From an uncultured virus (IMG/VR IMGVR_UViG_2923146907_000004) (Duplodnaviria; Heunggongvirae; Uroviricota; Caudoviricetes), in IMG/VR virus record IMGVR_UViG_2923146907_000004: 64,000 nt of DNA, one strand, 5' to 3'. The position numbers and the translations under genes are program-made. Below the pieces are notes generated by a model. It saw only the letters and a list, made by a program, of their open reading frames with translations, searched no databases and had not been told where the DNA came from. Below, one piece after another: positions 47,244 through 57,800 of this stretch. How positions within the stretch are numbered: the first letter of the stretch is position 1; every line of letters begins with the position of its first letter.

Positions 47244-49136
47244 ATGGGTATCGCACCGGATAGCATCCTTGGCGTAGCGGTGGACACCGTTACGGACAAG
47301 ATGAACGATCTTGAGGCGCTGGGCAGCAAGTACAGCGCAGAACTGTCCGCCGCGCTGGCGAAGATCGGCGACATCACGGTGGCTGACGTGCCGGCACCGA
47401 CGCGGCCGGATGCGCCTATCGCTTCGCCGCCGCCCGTCAACCTGGGCGAGCAGCCGACCTACAACCCGTCTTCGCTGGTCAAGCCGGAAGCCCCTGGCGG
47501 CCTGAACATCGACGACCTGCTGGCCGACCTGGACGTGGGCGACATGGACGACCTGCCCGACGCGCCGACCATGATCCCGATCAACATCCCGGACGCGCCG
47601 AGCATGACGGCCATCCCGGTGCCGGAACGCCCGGACATCGACACCACGGTGGAGATTCCCGACGCGCCGCAGATCGCCATGCCGGACATGGAAGCGCTGG
47701 AACAGATCCGCCTGCCGGAATTCGTGTTCCCCGAGTTGCCCACGTTCGATGCCACGCCGCCGGACGCGAGCGGGATCACGGTGCCCAACGTCTTCATCAA
47801 CTGGCTGGAACCGGAGTACCAGTCCGAGGTGCTGGACGAGTTGCAAGCGAAGATCAAGGAACTGATGGCGGGCGGCACCGGCCTGCCTGTACCCATCGAG
47901 CAGGCGCTGTTCGCCCGCTCCCGCGAGCGCGACAGCGGTGAAACCACCCGCGCCGTGCAGGAGGCGGTCGATACTTGGGCCGCCCGCAATTTCTCCATGC
48001 CGCCGGGGATGCTCGCCAGGCAGGTAGATGTGGTGCGCGAGCAAGGCCGGCTGAAGGCGGCCGAACTGAACCGCGACATCCTGGTGCAAGCGGCCACCTG
48101 GGAAATCGAGAACCTGCGCTTCGCCGTGCAGCAGGGCCTGGCCCTCGAGCAGTTGACCGAGAACATGCACCAGAACATGGCGCAGCGCCTGTTCGAGGTC
48201 GCCCGCTTCCACGCGGAAAGCCAGATCAACGTGTTCAACGCGCAGATCAGCCTGTTCAACGCGCAGAACGCGGCCTTCGAGACGCTGGCGCAGGTCTACC
48301 GCACCAAGCTGGATGCGGCTATCTCCAAGCTGACTGCCTACAAGACCGCCGTGGAGGGCCAGGTGGCGCTGGGGCAAATCAACCAGCAGCGCGTCGAGGT
48401 GTTCAAGGCCAAGCTGGACGCCGTACAGTCGAGCGTCGAGGTCTACAAGGCGCTGATGCAGGGGGCATCCGTGCGCGCCGAGACGATCAAGAACCAGTTC
48501 GACGCCTACCGCGCAGACGTGCAGGCGTATGCCGAGCAGATCGGCGCCGAGAAGGTCAAGTTCGACGCCTACGAGGCCCGTGTCAAGGGCGAGTCGGCCA
48601 AGGCGGACGTGCTCGATGCGCAGGCCCGCGCCTACGCTTCGACCATTCAGGGGTTGGCGAACAAGGCCGATGTCAAGGTCAAGGGCGCGCAGATCAAGAT
48701 GGAGGCGGCGCGCACCAAGGTGTCGAAGTTCTTGGCGGACGTGGACGCCTACAAGGCCACCCTGCAGGCCAACCTGAGCGAGGTGCAGTACAACACGTCG
48801 GTGTTTCAGGCCCAGGTAGAAGCCTGGCGCGCAGCGGCCAGTGCCAACGTGGCCGACGCCGAGATGCAATCGCGCTTTGCCGACATGAACAGCCGGACCA
48901 ACATCGCATACGCGGAAATGCAGATCAGCGAGTACACCGCAAAGATGCAGAATGCCGTACAGCAGGCGCAGATCGCCCTGGAGGCAGCCAAGGCCTTGGG
49001 GCAGTACACCGCCCAGCTCGCGGCCGGCGCTATGTCGGCGGCACATGTATCGGCCAGCATCAGTGGCTCAGGAAGTGCTAGTACAGGTGAAACAAAATCC
49101 GAAACAACTTCGACTTCTTATAATTATAATTATTGA
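47244..49136 (+). CDS. Coiled-coil virion/ejection protein
   Basis: Pro/Asp-rich N-terminus, long helical C-terminus. Confidence 0.7.
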   Translation: MGIAPDSILGVAVDTVTDKMNDLEALGSKYSAELSAALAKIGDITVADVPAPTRPDAPIASPPPVNLGEQPTYNPSSLVKPEAPGGLNIDDLLADLDVGDMDDLPDAPTMIPINIPDAPSMTAIPVPERPDIDTTVEIPDAPQIAMPDMEALEQIRLPEFVFPELPTFDATPPDASGITVPNVFINWLEPEYQSEVLDELQAKIKELMAGGTGLPVPIEQALFARSRERDSGETTRAVQEAVDTWAARNFSMPPGMLARQVDVVREQGRLKAAELNRDILVQAATWEIENLRFAVQQGLALEQLTENMHQNMAQRLFEVARFHAESQINVFNAQISLFNAQNAAFETLAQVYRTKLDAAISKLTAYKTAVEGQVALGQINQQRVEVFKAKLDAVQSSVEVYKALMQGASVRAETIKNQFDAYRADVQAYAEQIGAEKVKFDAYEARVKGESAKADVLDAQARAYASTIQGLANKADVKVKGAQIKMEAARTKVSKFLADVDAYKATLQANLSEVQYNTSVFQAQVEAWRAAASANVADAEMQSRFADMNSRTNIAYAEMQISEYTAKMQNAVQQAQIALEAAKALGQYTAQLAAGAMSAAHVSASISGSGSASTGETKSETTSTSYNYNY

Positions 49137-49170
49137 TTCTGCGGGTCACGGGACATGGAAGTTTCGTATT

Positions 49171-49521
49171 TTAAGGCTGGTTGTCTTTTTGAAGATTTTG
49201 ATATTCTTCCCAAGGTTTTTTTTCTTCGTCATACAGCTTGCTGCATGCAATGAATATCATGCGGCCAGCTAAGTTGCTCGGTGTCTCCTTTCCTATTGCC
49301 ATCATGCAATCTCTGCCTGACTTGTAGCCAAATAATCCTCTCCCAGACCCTTGTTCGACCTCTAAGAGTGCATTTGGGTATTGGCCTGCGCAAAGACTTA
49401 TCACCACCCGGGCAGCCTGATCGTTTTGCACTTCTGGCATTTTATCCAAAATGCATGTTGCATAGTCTCCTGCTATTGAAGAGGTGGAGATAATTGTCAG
49501 TAGGAACAATAAATTTCTCAC
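49171..49521 (-). CDS. Exported four-cysteine protein (moron); candidate superinfection exclusion
   Basis: GTG start with GGAG RBS; signal peptide ending SIA-GD; four Cys; AT-rich; antisense to the late operon. Confidence 0.8.
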   Translation of the reverse strand: MRNLLFLLTIISTSSIAGDYATCILDKMPEVQNDQAARVVISLCAGQYPNALLEVEQGSGRGLFGYKSGRDCMMAIGKETPSNLAGRMIFIACSKLYDEEKKPWEEYQNLQKDNQP

Positions 49522-49594
49522 AAGTACTTTTCTCCGGTTGTGCGCCCGGAATATATAGCTTTTGGTTCATTGGCGGAAAGTGGATACGCCATAG

Positions 49595-49636
49595 CCCCCT
49601 GTAGGGTTCGTCCAAAAATGAGACGAGCAGCAAGAT
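49595..49636 (+). promoter_or_regulatory. Putative late promoter 3 (ejection genes)
   Basis: CCCCCTGTAGGG-TTCGTC-18 bp-CAAGAT. Confidence 0.7.
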
Positions 49637-49670
49637 TGAATCTGTATCCAAGCCGTTTTAGAGGCATCCC

Positions 49671-51833
49671 ATGTACGGATTCAAGAAGGGCGCCAAGCCC
49701 AAGCAACGATTTGCAGATGGTGGGCGGGTGCGTGGTCCAGGCACTGGCACCTCCGACGACATCGACACCGAGGTGCCCGCGGGCAGCTACATCATGCCGG
49801 CCGATTCGACCGAGCAGATTGGGGAAGCGGCGTTGCAGGGTATGGGAGCGCCGGTCCCGGTCAGCCTGAGCAACGGCGAGTACCAGATGCCTCCCGAGCA
49901 GGTTCATGCCGTTGGCGTGCAGGCGCTGGACGCTGTGAAGAATGCCACTCATGTGCCGGTAGCCCAGCAGGCAAAAGGGTTCTCTCCGCGTAAAAGGGGA
50001 GAGAATGGCGCCGAGAAGCCGGAATTGTTCTTCGCCGACGGCGGGGTTGTCGATGAAGAGCGCAAAAAGCAGACCCGTTTCGACATCACCAACACGCCCG
50101 CCGCCCAGCGTGCCGCTGGCGTTGTGCCGGAGGCATCGTCTCCCGTAGCTACCAGCGGCTACAGTGCAGACCCCACCATGGCAAAGGCGCAGGCCAATAT
50201 CGATGCTGAACGGCAAGCGATGGCTGTGCATCGCCAGCGCACTGCGGATGCCGCGAATCTCCAGCCGGGAGTGGCACCAGGCTACAGCGACAACCTCTAT
50301 ACCGCCAACGCCCAGGCACGTTCGGATGCAGCCCGGCAACAACAGGCCATTGCACAGGCCGGACCACTGCCCGATATACCGTCGACACAAGGCTTCGCGC
50401 CATCGCGACAAGGTAATGACCCAGCCAGAGCGGCAAGGATGCAGGCTCAGTTTGATCAACCGGTAACGGGCCCTGCTCGATCCAAAGCGGCTGGTTTCAC
50501 TCCGCAGTACCGTACTGAAGGGCCTGGCTGGCGAACCGACTCGGTTCTCCGCGGGACGGGCGACGACGTAGCGCAGCAGTGGGCATCGGGTGAGTATGCC
50601 CGTGGCTTTGGGACCGGCGTGCGTGGGGCGCTTGCGGCGGTTCCCGCAGCATTCGCTGATGCTGGAGAGGATGTCGGTCGATTGGCGGAACCGGTGATCA
50701 ACTTCGGTAAAGGGCTATTCGGATGGGATGACACTCCGCCGGCGCTTCGTGGTCAGCAAGCAGCCCAGGGTGCAGCGGCGCCAAGTTCCAGTGCTGCGCC
50801 CGGGCGAGGCCAGGTGTTGCCGGCTGCTGGTGCGCCAACCGGAGCGCTGGAGTCGGCGGCGAATACTGGAGCTGCTATGCCAAGCGCCGGTGGCCCGGAC
50901 CTGCCCAACAACGTGACGCGGGTGGGCAACAGCTTCTCCGGCACAACAATCCGCCCGGGCTACACCGTTAACGGGGAAGCTCAAGCTGCGGGGTTCGCCC
51001 CAGGTGGTCAGCGGAGTGCTCAAAACCAGCGCGCAGTGGAGAACCTGCTGGCCCGAACGCCTGATGTGGGTATGGGGTTCAGGCCGAGTTCTGTCTCCCA
51101 GGTACCGCCGATGGCCCCGGACGCGTTGGCTCAGTACAACGCCGGTAACTCCGGCGCGCCTCGGGTAACCGTGGTTCCCGATAGCTCTCGGGCCGATAGC
51201 GTTCGCCAGGCCGCCTTGAATGCAGCCTCAACACCTTATCGCGGTTCGCCGAACGGGCAGTTAACTGCCCGCCAGATCGACAACCTGTTCGGGCTCCAGC
51301 AGAGCGATGACCGCAATGCTACGTCCCTGGCGAGCACTCGGGCGAATAACGACACGGCCTTGGTGCGGGAGCAGGTGCAACAGCAGGGCGCAAATCAGCG
51401 CGCGGCTCTACAGGAAATGGGGCAGGGCGCGCGCTTCCTCGCAGCCAACGAACTCGATCGCCAGCGCCTGGCTGGTGAGCAAGAGGCCAGGGGTTTCCAA
51501 ACCCGCGCCGCCCAGCGCATCGAGAAGCTGTACGAGCAGTACGACAAGGCTGCTCCCGAAGACCGCGCCGCGATCGCCGAACAGATTCGTGTGCTTGCTG
51601 GTAAGGACGCTCCGAATCGCTTCACCGTGGTACCTGGCGGCCAGGAGTACGACCCGCAGTCCATGCAACTTCTGACGCGCCCTGCACGAGTACTCAACAA
51701 CCAGACCGGCCAATTTATCGACCAGCAAACGCAGTCGGCGCAACCCGTCGCTCCGCGAACTGGTGAGGTGCGAAGTGGATACCGGTTCAAGGGAGGGAAC
51801 CCTGCCGACCAGAATAATTGGGAGAAGGTGTAA
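49671..51833 (+). CDS. Putative DNA ejection / internal virion protein
   Basis: FADGG..GPGTGTSDDI N-terminus; A/Q/G/P low complexity; ends GYRFKGGNPADQNNWEKV. Confidence 0.7.
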   Translation: MYGFKKGAKPKQRFADGGRVRGPGTGTSDDIDTEVPAGSYIMPADSTEQIGEAALQGMGAPVPVSLSNGEYQMPPEQVHAVGVQALDAVKNATHVPVAQQAKGFSPRKRGENGAEKPELFFADGGVVDEERKKQTRFDITNTPAAQRAAGVVPEASSPVATSGYSADPTMAKAQANIDAERQAMAVHRQRTADAANLQPGVAPGYSDNLYTANAQARSDAARQQQAIAQAGPLPDIPSTQGFAPSRQGNDPARAARMQAQFDQPVTGPARSKAAGFTPQYRTEGPGWRTDSVLRGTGDDVAQQWASGEYARGFGTGVRGALAAVPAAFADAGEDVGRLAEPVINFGKGLFGWDDTPPALRGQQAAQGAAAPSSSAAPGRGQVLPAAGAPTGALESAANTGAAMPSAGGPDLPNNVTRVGNSFSGTTIRPGYTVNGEAQAAGFAPGGQRSAQNQRAVENLLARTPDVGMGFRPSSVSQVPPMAPDALAQYNAGNSGAPRVTVVPDSSRADSVRQAALNAASTPYRGSPNGQLTARQIDNLFGLQQSDDRNATSLASTRANNDTALVREQVQQQGANQRAALQEMGQGARFLAANELDRQRLAGEQEARGFQTRAAQRIEKLYEQYDKAAPEDRAAIAEQIRVLAGKDAPNRFTVVPGGQEYDPQSMQLLTRPARVLNNQTGQFIDQQTQSAQPVAPRTGEVRSGYRFKGGNPADQNNWEKV

Positions 51834-54800
51834 TGGCCGATACCAGCAAGCCATGGGAAGAGTTCGCGTCTCAACAGTCAGTAACTGGTGGCGAGAAGCC
51901 GTGGGAGGAGTTCGGTGGCGAGACGAAGGAGGAGGGAAGAGGCCTGATCGGGCATGCGCGCGACCTTGGCCTATCCGTGGCCAAGGGGGTGATTGGGGTT
52001 CCGGAAGCGGCTGTTGGCCTCGCTGATATCCCAACAGAGGGCCGCGTAGGTAAGTTCCTCGAGAACCAGGACGGCATGCTCGGCTTCCGGCCCCGGGAGG
52101 CGAAGGATTTCCTGAGTGATCTGCACACCGATCAGTACAAACAGCAACAGCAGGACTTTCAGGATGCTGATGGCGTCGTAGACAAGACGCTGCATGCTGT
52201 ACAGAACCCGTCGATGGTCGTGAACACCGTAGCGGAGTCTTTGCCTTCCATGTTGGCGGGGGGCGCGGTCGGTCGTGGCGTTCGGGCGCTGGCTCCAGCG
52301 TTGGCACCTGTGGCAGCCGGCGCGGCTGGCGAAGGGGCGGTTATGGCTGGTCAGCAAGCAGAGCAGATCCGCCAAGAAACTGATGACGGCTTGCTCACTC
52401 CGGCGCAGTCGGGAGCTGCGGTGGCCACTGGTGTGTTGGGAAGTCTGTTTTCCCTTGCCGGCGGTAGCTTGGCCAAGAAACTGGGTATCGGTGATGCGGA
52501 TACCCTCCTCGCTGGTGGTGCCAACCCAGGACAACTGGTCAGCGAGCTGGCGTCCATGCCGGCGAAGAGCATTCCGCGGAAGGTGATAGAGGGCGCAATC
52601 TCCGAGGGCTTCCTTGAGGAACTGCCACAGTCCGCATCTGAGCAGGTTCTGCAAAACCTGGCGCTGGGACGGGACTGGGCCAGCGGCCTGGATGAAGCGA
52701 TGGTAATGGGAACGCTGGCCGGGATGGCCATGGGTGGGCCGGCGGCGGTTCTGCATGGCGGTCAGCCGGCAGCGTCCCGTGGCCTGGCGGATGCGGACGC
52801 TACCTTCGAGAGTACCCCGGGCCTTGAGGGGCAGACTGAGACGACTGCGCCACTGGCACTCCCAGCTCCAGTGTATGAGGCTGGTTCTGACGGCCAGGTC
52901 CGGACCACGGTCGACCAGAACTCCGCTACCCAGGCACAGCGTCAGCAAGAGGCTGAACGTCTGGACCGAATCCGTCGAGGTGAAGTCACCGATGTGACTC
53001 CGGTCCCGGCGGCCCCAAAGCGCTCCGAGCAGATGGGTCTGGACCCGGCTGCTGGGCCACTGTCTGGTGCTGCTGCGCAGGCCGTGGACAGTGGCGCAAC
53101 TGACCAGATGGTGCAACAAGCCGCGCTCCAGCAGGCAGCCGAGGAGGCGCAGAAGAGCGGCAGGAAAGGTGATCAGGTCAACCCGGAAACCGGTGAGATT
53201 ACAGCGGAGCAGGGTGATCTGCTGGCATCCGATCCTGTCACCGATCTGCAGGGCCGCCTGGAATTTGTACGCCGGCAAGCCCGTGCCACCGGATGGGACG
53301 CGAAGAAAATCGCCGAGCGCGATCGCTTGCAGGAAGAACTGGACAAGCTCGCGCCACCGCCGGATGCCGGCTACATGCAGCGCGTCGGTGAGCGCGTGAA
53401 GCGTATCGAGGCCGCGCAGAGCCCCGATGAAATTGCCGCGATCCTCGCCGAGGATCAGCAGGATGAGCAGCGCCACCAGAACGCCGCTGGCCGGGTGGAG
53501 CTAGCCGCCCGTGCTCGCGGCTTCGCCCTGGACCAGGCGGCGCAGCAGCAAGCCCCGACGCCAATCGGTGTGCAGGACGACATCCAGCAGGCCCAAGGCA
53601 AGGCTGACACGCAGCAGGCGCAAGCCGCACAACCGGTTGCATCGCCGGCGCCGGCAGCGGAATCCGTACCGGCCGCGTCTGCGCCTGCGATAGAGGCCGC
53701 GAAGCCGTCCAACCTGAAAGACGCCATCGCCAAGGTGCGCCAGGACAAGGCGCAAGCGCCGAAGGCCGAGCCGGTCCAGCAGACCGCCGCACCCGCCGCC
53801 GATCAAGCACGCTACGCCGACCTGGCGCAGCAGTTCAATGCCATGGTTCCGCAGTTGAAGGCGGCGCGCGAGGGCGGCAACACTTCCGAAGTGGAGCGCT
53901 TGACCAATGCCATGCGCCCGCTGGACACCGAAATGCGCCAGCTCCAGGCGCGCGAAACCAAGCGCACCTTGGATCTTGGCCAGCAGGCATCCAAGGCGAA
54001 GCTCGAGCAGGAACTGTCCGGCGAGGCCATCGGCACCCGCCGCCGCCCGAGTGAGCACGCGCCGGAGAAGGGCCTGTACTGGGAAAAGACCGGCACCAAT
54101 GAATGGACCGGGCGCGGTGCGTGGTTCCAGAAGGGCAAGACCCGCACCGACGCGGACATGGCGCAGTTCGGCGGCACGCTGGTGATGCCGTCCGAGCAGG
54201 CCGCGCAGAAGGCCCCGAGCATCGAAGGCAAGGACATCGGCGAAGGCTGGGCGGAGTTCAGCAAGGAATCGGGCACCGCGGGTATCCCTCGCGCCGACAT
54301 GCCGCAGATCAAGGCCGAGCACCGCGGCGCGATGGTGAACTTCCTGAGCGCTCGTGGCGTGCAGCATCAGGAAGAGACAGTTCCCGCAGATACCCTCAAA
54401 CCGACGCAGGCGGAGTTCAGCCGGGATAAGGTGGCGAAGGCCAAGGGCTTCGAAGGTGGCAACCGCTCCATTCTGGTGTCGCGTGACGGCCATGTGCTGG
54501 ACGGCCATCACCAGTGGATGGCGGCCCGCGACAACGGCGAAGAGGTGAAGGTGATCCGCCTGGATGCCCCCATCCGCGACCTGGTGAAACTGGCCCACGA
54601 ATTTCCCAGTTCCACCACCGATGCCAGCAGCGGGCAGGGCGCCACGGTTGAAGCGAAGCAGGTGAGGCCCAAGCCTGAGCCAGCAGCTCCTGATGTGCCT
54701 AAGAAGAAGCCGCGCGGCGTGCTGGCAAAGAGGTTACAGGCCGAGGCCCAGGCCCGCGCCGAATACTTCACCCCCGGCAACGTGGTGCGAGGTTACGGCG

Positions 54801-57800
54801 CCAACTACGACAGGGTTATCAGCTACAACCCGACCGAATCGGGAAGCTGGACCGTCACGGTGCGCAGTGTACGCAAGGAAGGCGACACCTGGGTGGATGT
54901 CCCGGGCGAGAGCGAGCGCACTCACATGACGGCGCCGGATGCGCGCGACATGAAGCGCGGCCCGGCCGGCCGTATCGCAACACAGGGGGCGCCAACCGCC
55001 GATGAGTTCCCCTTGAAGGAAGCCGCAGCCAGCTACTCCGGTATCTCGAACAGCAGCAGCCAGCGAGCGAAGTCCGATGCGGATGAGTTCCAGACCTACA
55101 TCGACGTGGCCCGCGACGCGGGCGCTGTCGTGGCACGCACCGATGCTCAGCAGGCGGCCGTGGAGCAAGCCACACGAGAATTGCGGGCCGATTACCTGGC
55201 CCAGTACCGGCGCCTGATGAACGTGCGCGCCGGCACCTACAGCGGCTATGTTGTCGGGCGTTCTGGACTGAACAGCAAGCAGGCGGACAGGCGCAACAGC
55301 GCCTACGACCGCGCCATCGACACATTCGTGGCCTGGCAGAAGTCCAATCAGGATCGCGTGCGCCAGGCGGCACTGGACGCCCGTACCGACGAGGAAAAGG
55401 CGGCAGATCGCCAGGCCGCCGAGCAGGCCCGTGCCGACAAGGCGCAGCGCAAGGAAGACGGGGACCGCAGCCTGATGCGCAGGATTCTGTCCTGGAAGAA
55501 GGGCAGCGAGCCGGTGGCGATCACCAAGACCGCGCACCTTGCCGGGGTGAACTTCGGCAAGGATGGCTACCCGACCAGCATTAAGTTGACGCCGACCGAT
55601 GGCAGCGTGCTGACGAGCGACAAGTTCGACCTAGCGACGCTGTTCCGTGAGCGCGGCATGAGCGTGCCGGAGTCGAAACGCCGCGTGCGTGAACTGGTCG
55701 ATTTCGTGCGTGCCGAGGATGCAGCCCGGCCCCAGTCCGAACCGGCAGAGGCACCCAAGCCCGATCCCGCGCAGCCCAGCGATTCGAAAACCCCGACGCT
55801 CGATGAGCATGTAGCCCTCATGCAGCGCGCGCGCAGTGGGGAGGCGACCGCCGACGAGTTCCGCCAGGCATTCGAGCGTACGCAGAACGCCCGCGACGCC
55901 CTGGTGGCCGAGCTGGGCACTATGAAGAAGGATGAACTGCTGAAGTCAGGCGGCTACAGCTTCTTCCACCGCTACCGCAACGAGAAGAAGGCAGCGATTG
56001 TCGATGCCCTGGCCGGTCGCGTGTTGGAGGAATTTGCGCTGGGCCGCAGCTACGGCCCGAGCAGCTACGTGATGTCGGCTGCTGGCCTCGAAGCGCACCG
56101 CCAGGCCAAGGCCAGCGCGCTGGCCGAGCTGGTGGCGAACACCACCGACGACGACATCAAGGCGCACGCCGCCGAGGTCGCCGAGGCGCAGCAGGAAATC
56201 CAGGCCCGCCGGGCAGCGCAGCAGAAGGCTGTCGCCAACCCGCAGACCCTCGCCGAGTTCCGCCAGGCAGTGAGCTACAACATGGAGACGCACGGGGAGT
56301 CCCTGCGGGAGGCGTTCATGCGCCTGACGCCGGAACAGCGTATTCGCTACGACGAACTGGAGGCTGAGAGCACCAAGGCCCTGCGTGAGCAGGCCAAGGC
56401 ACAGGCCAAGACCCGCGTAGCCAGCGCCGGGCAGACTACGGCCGGCGACATCATCGAGACGAAGCACACCAAGCACGGGCATGACCTGTTCGTGGTCCAA
56501 CTGGCCGAGCGCGTCAGCCGTGAGGACTACGACACCCTGAACAATTCGGCGAAGCGGCTGGGCGGCAGCTACAGCAGTTATCGTGGGAATGGCGCCGTCC
56601 CCGGCTTCCAGTTCCGCACCCGCGAGGCGGCCGAAGCATTCCGTAAGCTGGTGACAGGCGACACCGCCGACGCGCAGGCCGTTGCAGAAGCGCGCCGCGA
56701 CGCCTTCGAGGATGACCGCAGTCAGGGCGCCGCCGAGCGACTGCGCACCATGGCTCAGGCCCTCAACGAGCGGGCCGATGAAGCGCTGAATCGCGAGCGC
56801 AAGCAGAACACCGAGCGCCGTGCGCGGATGGCCGCCCGCGCTGAGGCCTCTGCGCGGTCCGACAAGGCACTGGCCGCCACCATGAACAACCTGGCCGATG
56901 CCATCGAGGGCGGCAAGGCCAAGTTCCTGGACACCGTGCGGCAGAAAGTGCAAGTGGAGTTCCTGGCGCGGGAACTGCGCAATGCGAAGGACGCGCAGAT
57001 TCGTGCGAAGTACCCGACTTACGGCGAGCAGGAGAAACACCGCGGCGAGCCGGTGGACGCCGAGACGGTGGACTACTCCACCTTCCCCAGCTACACCGCC
57101 ATGCGCTCCGACCTAGCGAGCCTGGCGCGCCAGATGGCGGATGTGGACGGCCTGAAGAAATTGGCCGCGCGCCTGGAGAAGGTCGCCGACGATGTGACCG
57201 AGGCCTACACGGACTGGGCCAAGCAGAATCTTCTGTCCGTCAGCCGCTTCACCCGCGGTGACCAGTTCGCCGACTTCAAGAGTCGCGAGGATGCCGAGCG
57301 TGCCATTCGCCGCTCCGGCCTCACCGGCAAGGCCATCGTGCTTCCGGTGAAACGCGGGCAGAACCGCATCGTCATGGCCCCCAGCGAAGCCATGAAGCTG
57401 GGCCTCTGGCAGGGCGACGGCGACAAGCGCATAACGCTGTCCGGCGAGTTCGGCGGCGAACTGGTGCAGGCCCTCGGCCGGCGCAGTGGCAGCAAGATCA
57501 CCGTTCCGTGGGCGCTGGAGAGCGCGCACGAAAAGCGCAAGCGCCTGGAGAGCATGGGCATCCTCACCGGCAGCGAGTACCGCTCTGCACTGCGCGAGTT
57601 CGTAGCGCTGCGCGAGGCGCCCGCCGAGCCCGACAAGATCAGGGAAATGGAACGGTCCATGATCGGCCGTCGAAATGACGGACTGGACTTCTTCCCGACT
57701 TCGGCCGCCGTCACCGAGGAAGCCGTCGACGCCGCCGACATCCAGGAAGGCATGGACGTGCTGGAGCCTTCCGCCGGCATGGGCCATATGGCCGACGCGA

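Noticed and set aside
37814..49136. Diversity-generating retroelement or invertible tail cassette
   Set aside because: No reverse transcriptase, invertase or TR/VR-like duplication seen within the window
49518..50459. Minus-strand 313-aa ORF upstream of the moron
   Set aside because: Antisense to the ejection gene and spans the late-promoter region; no protein-like features
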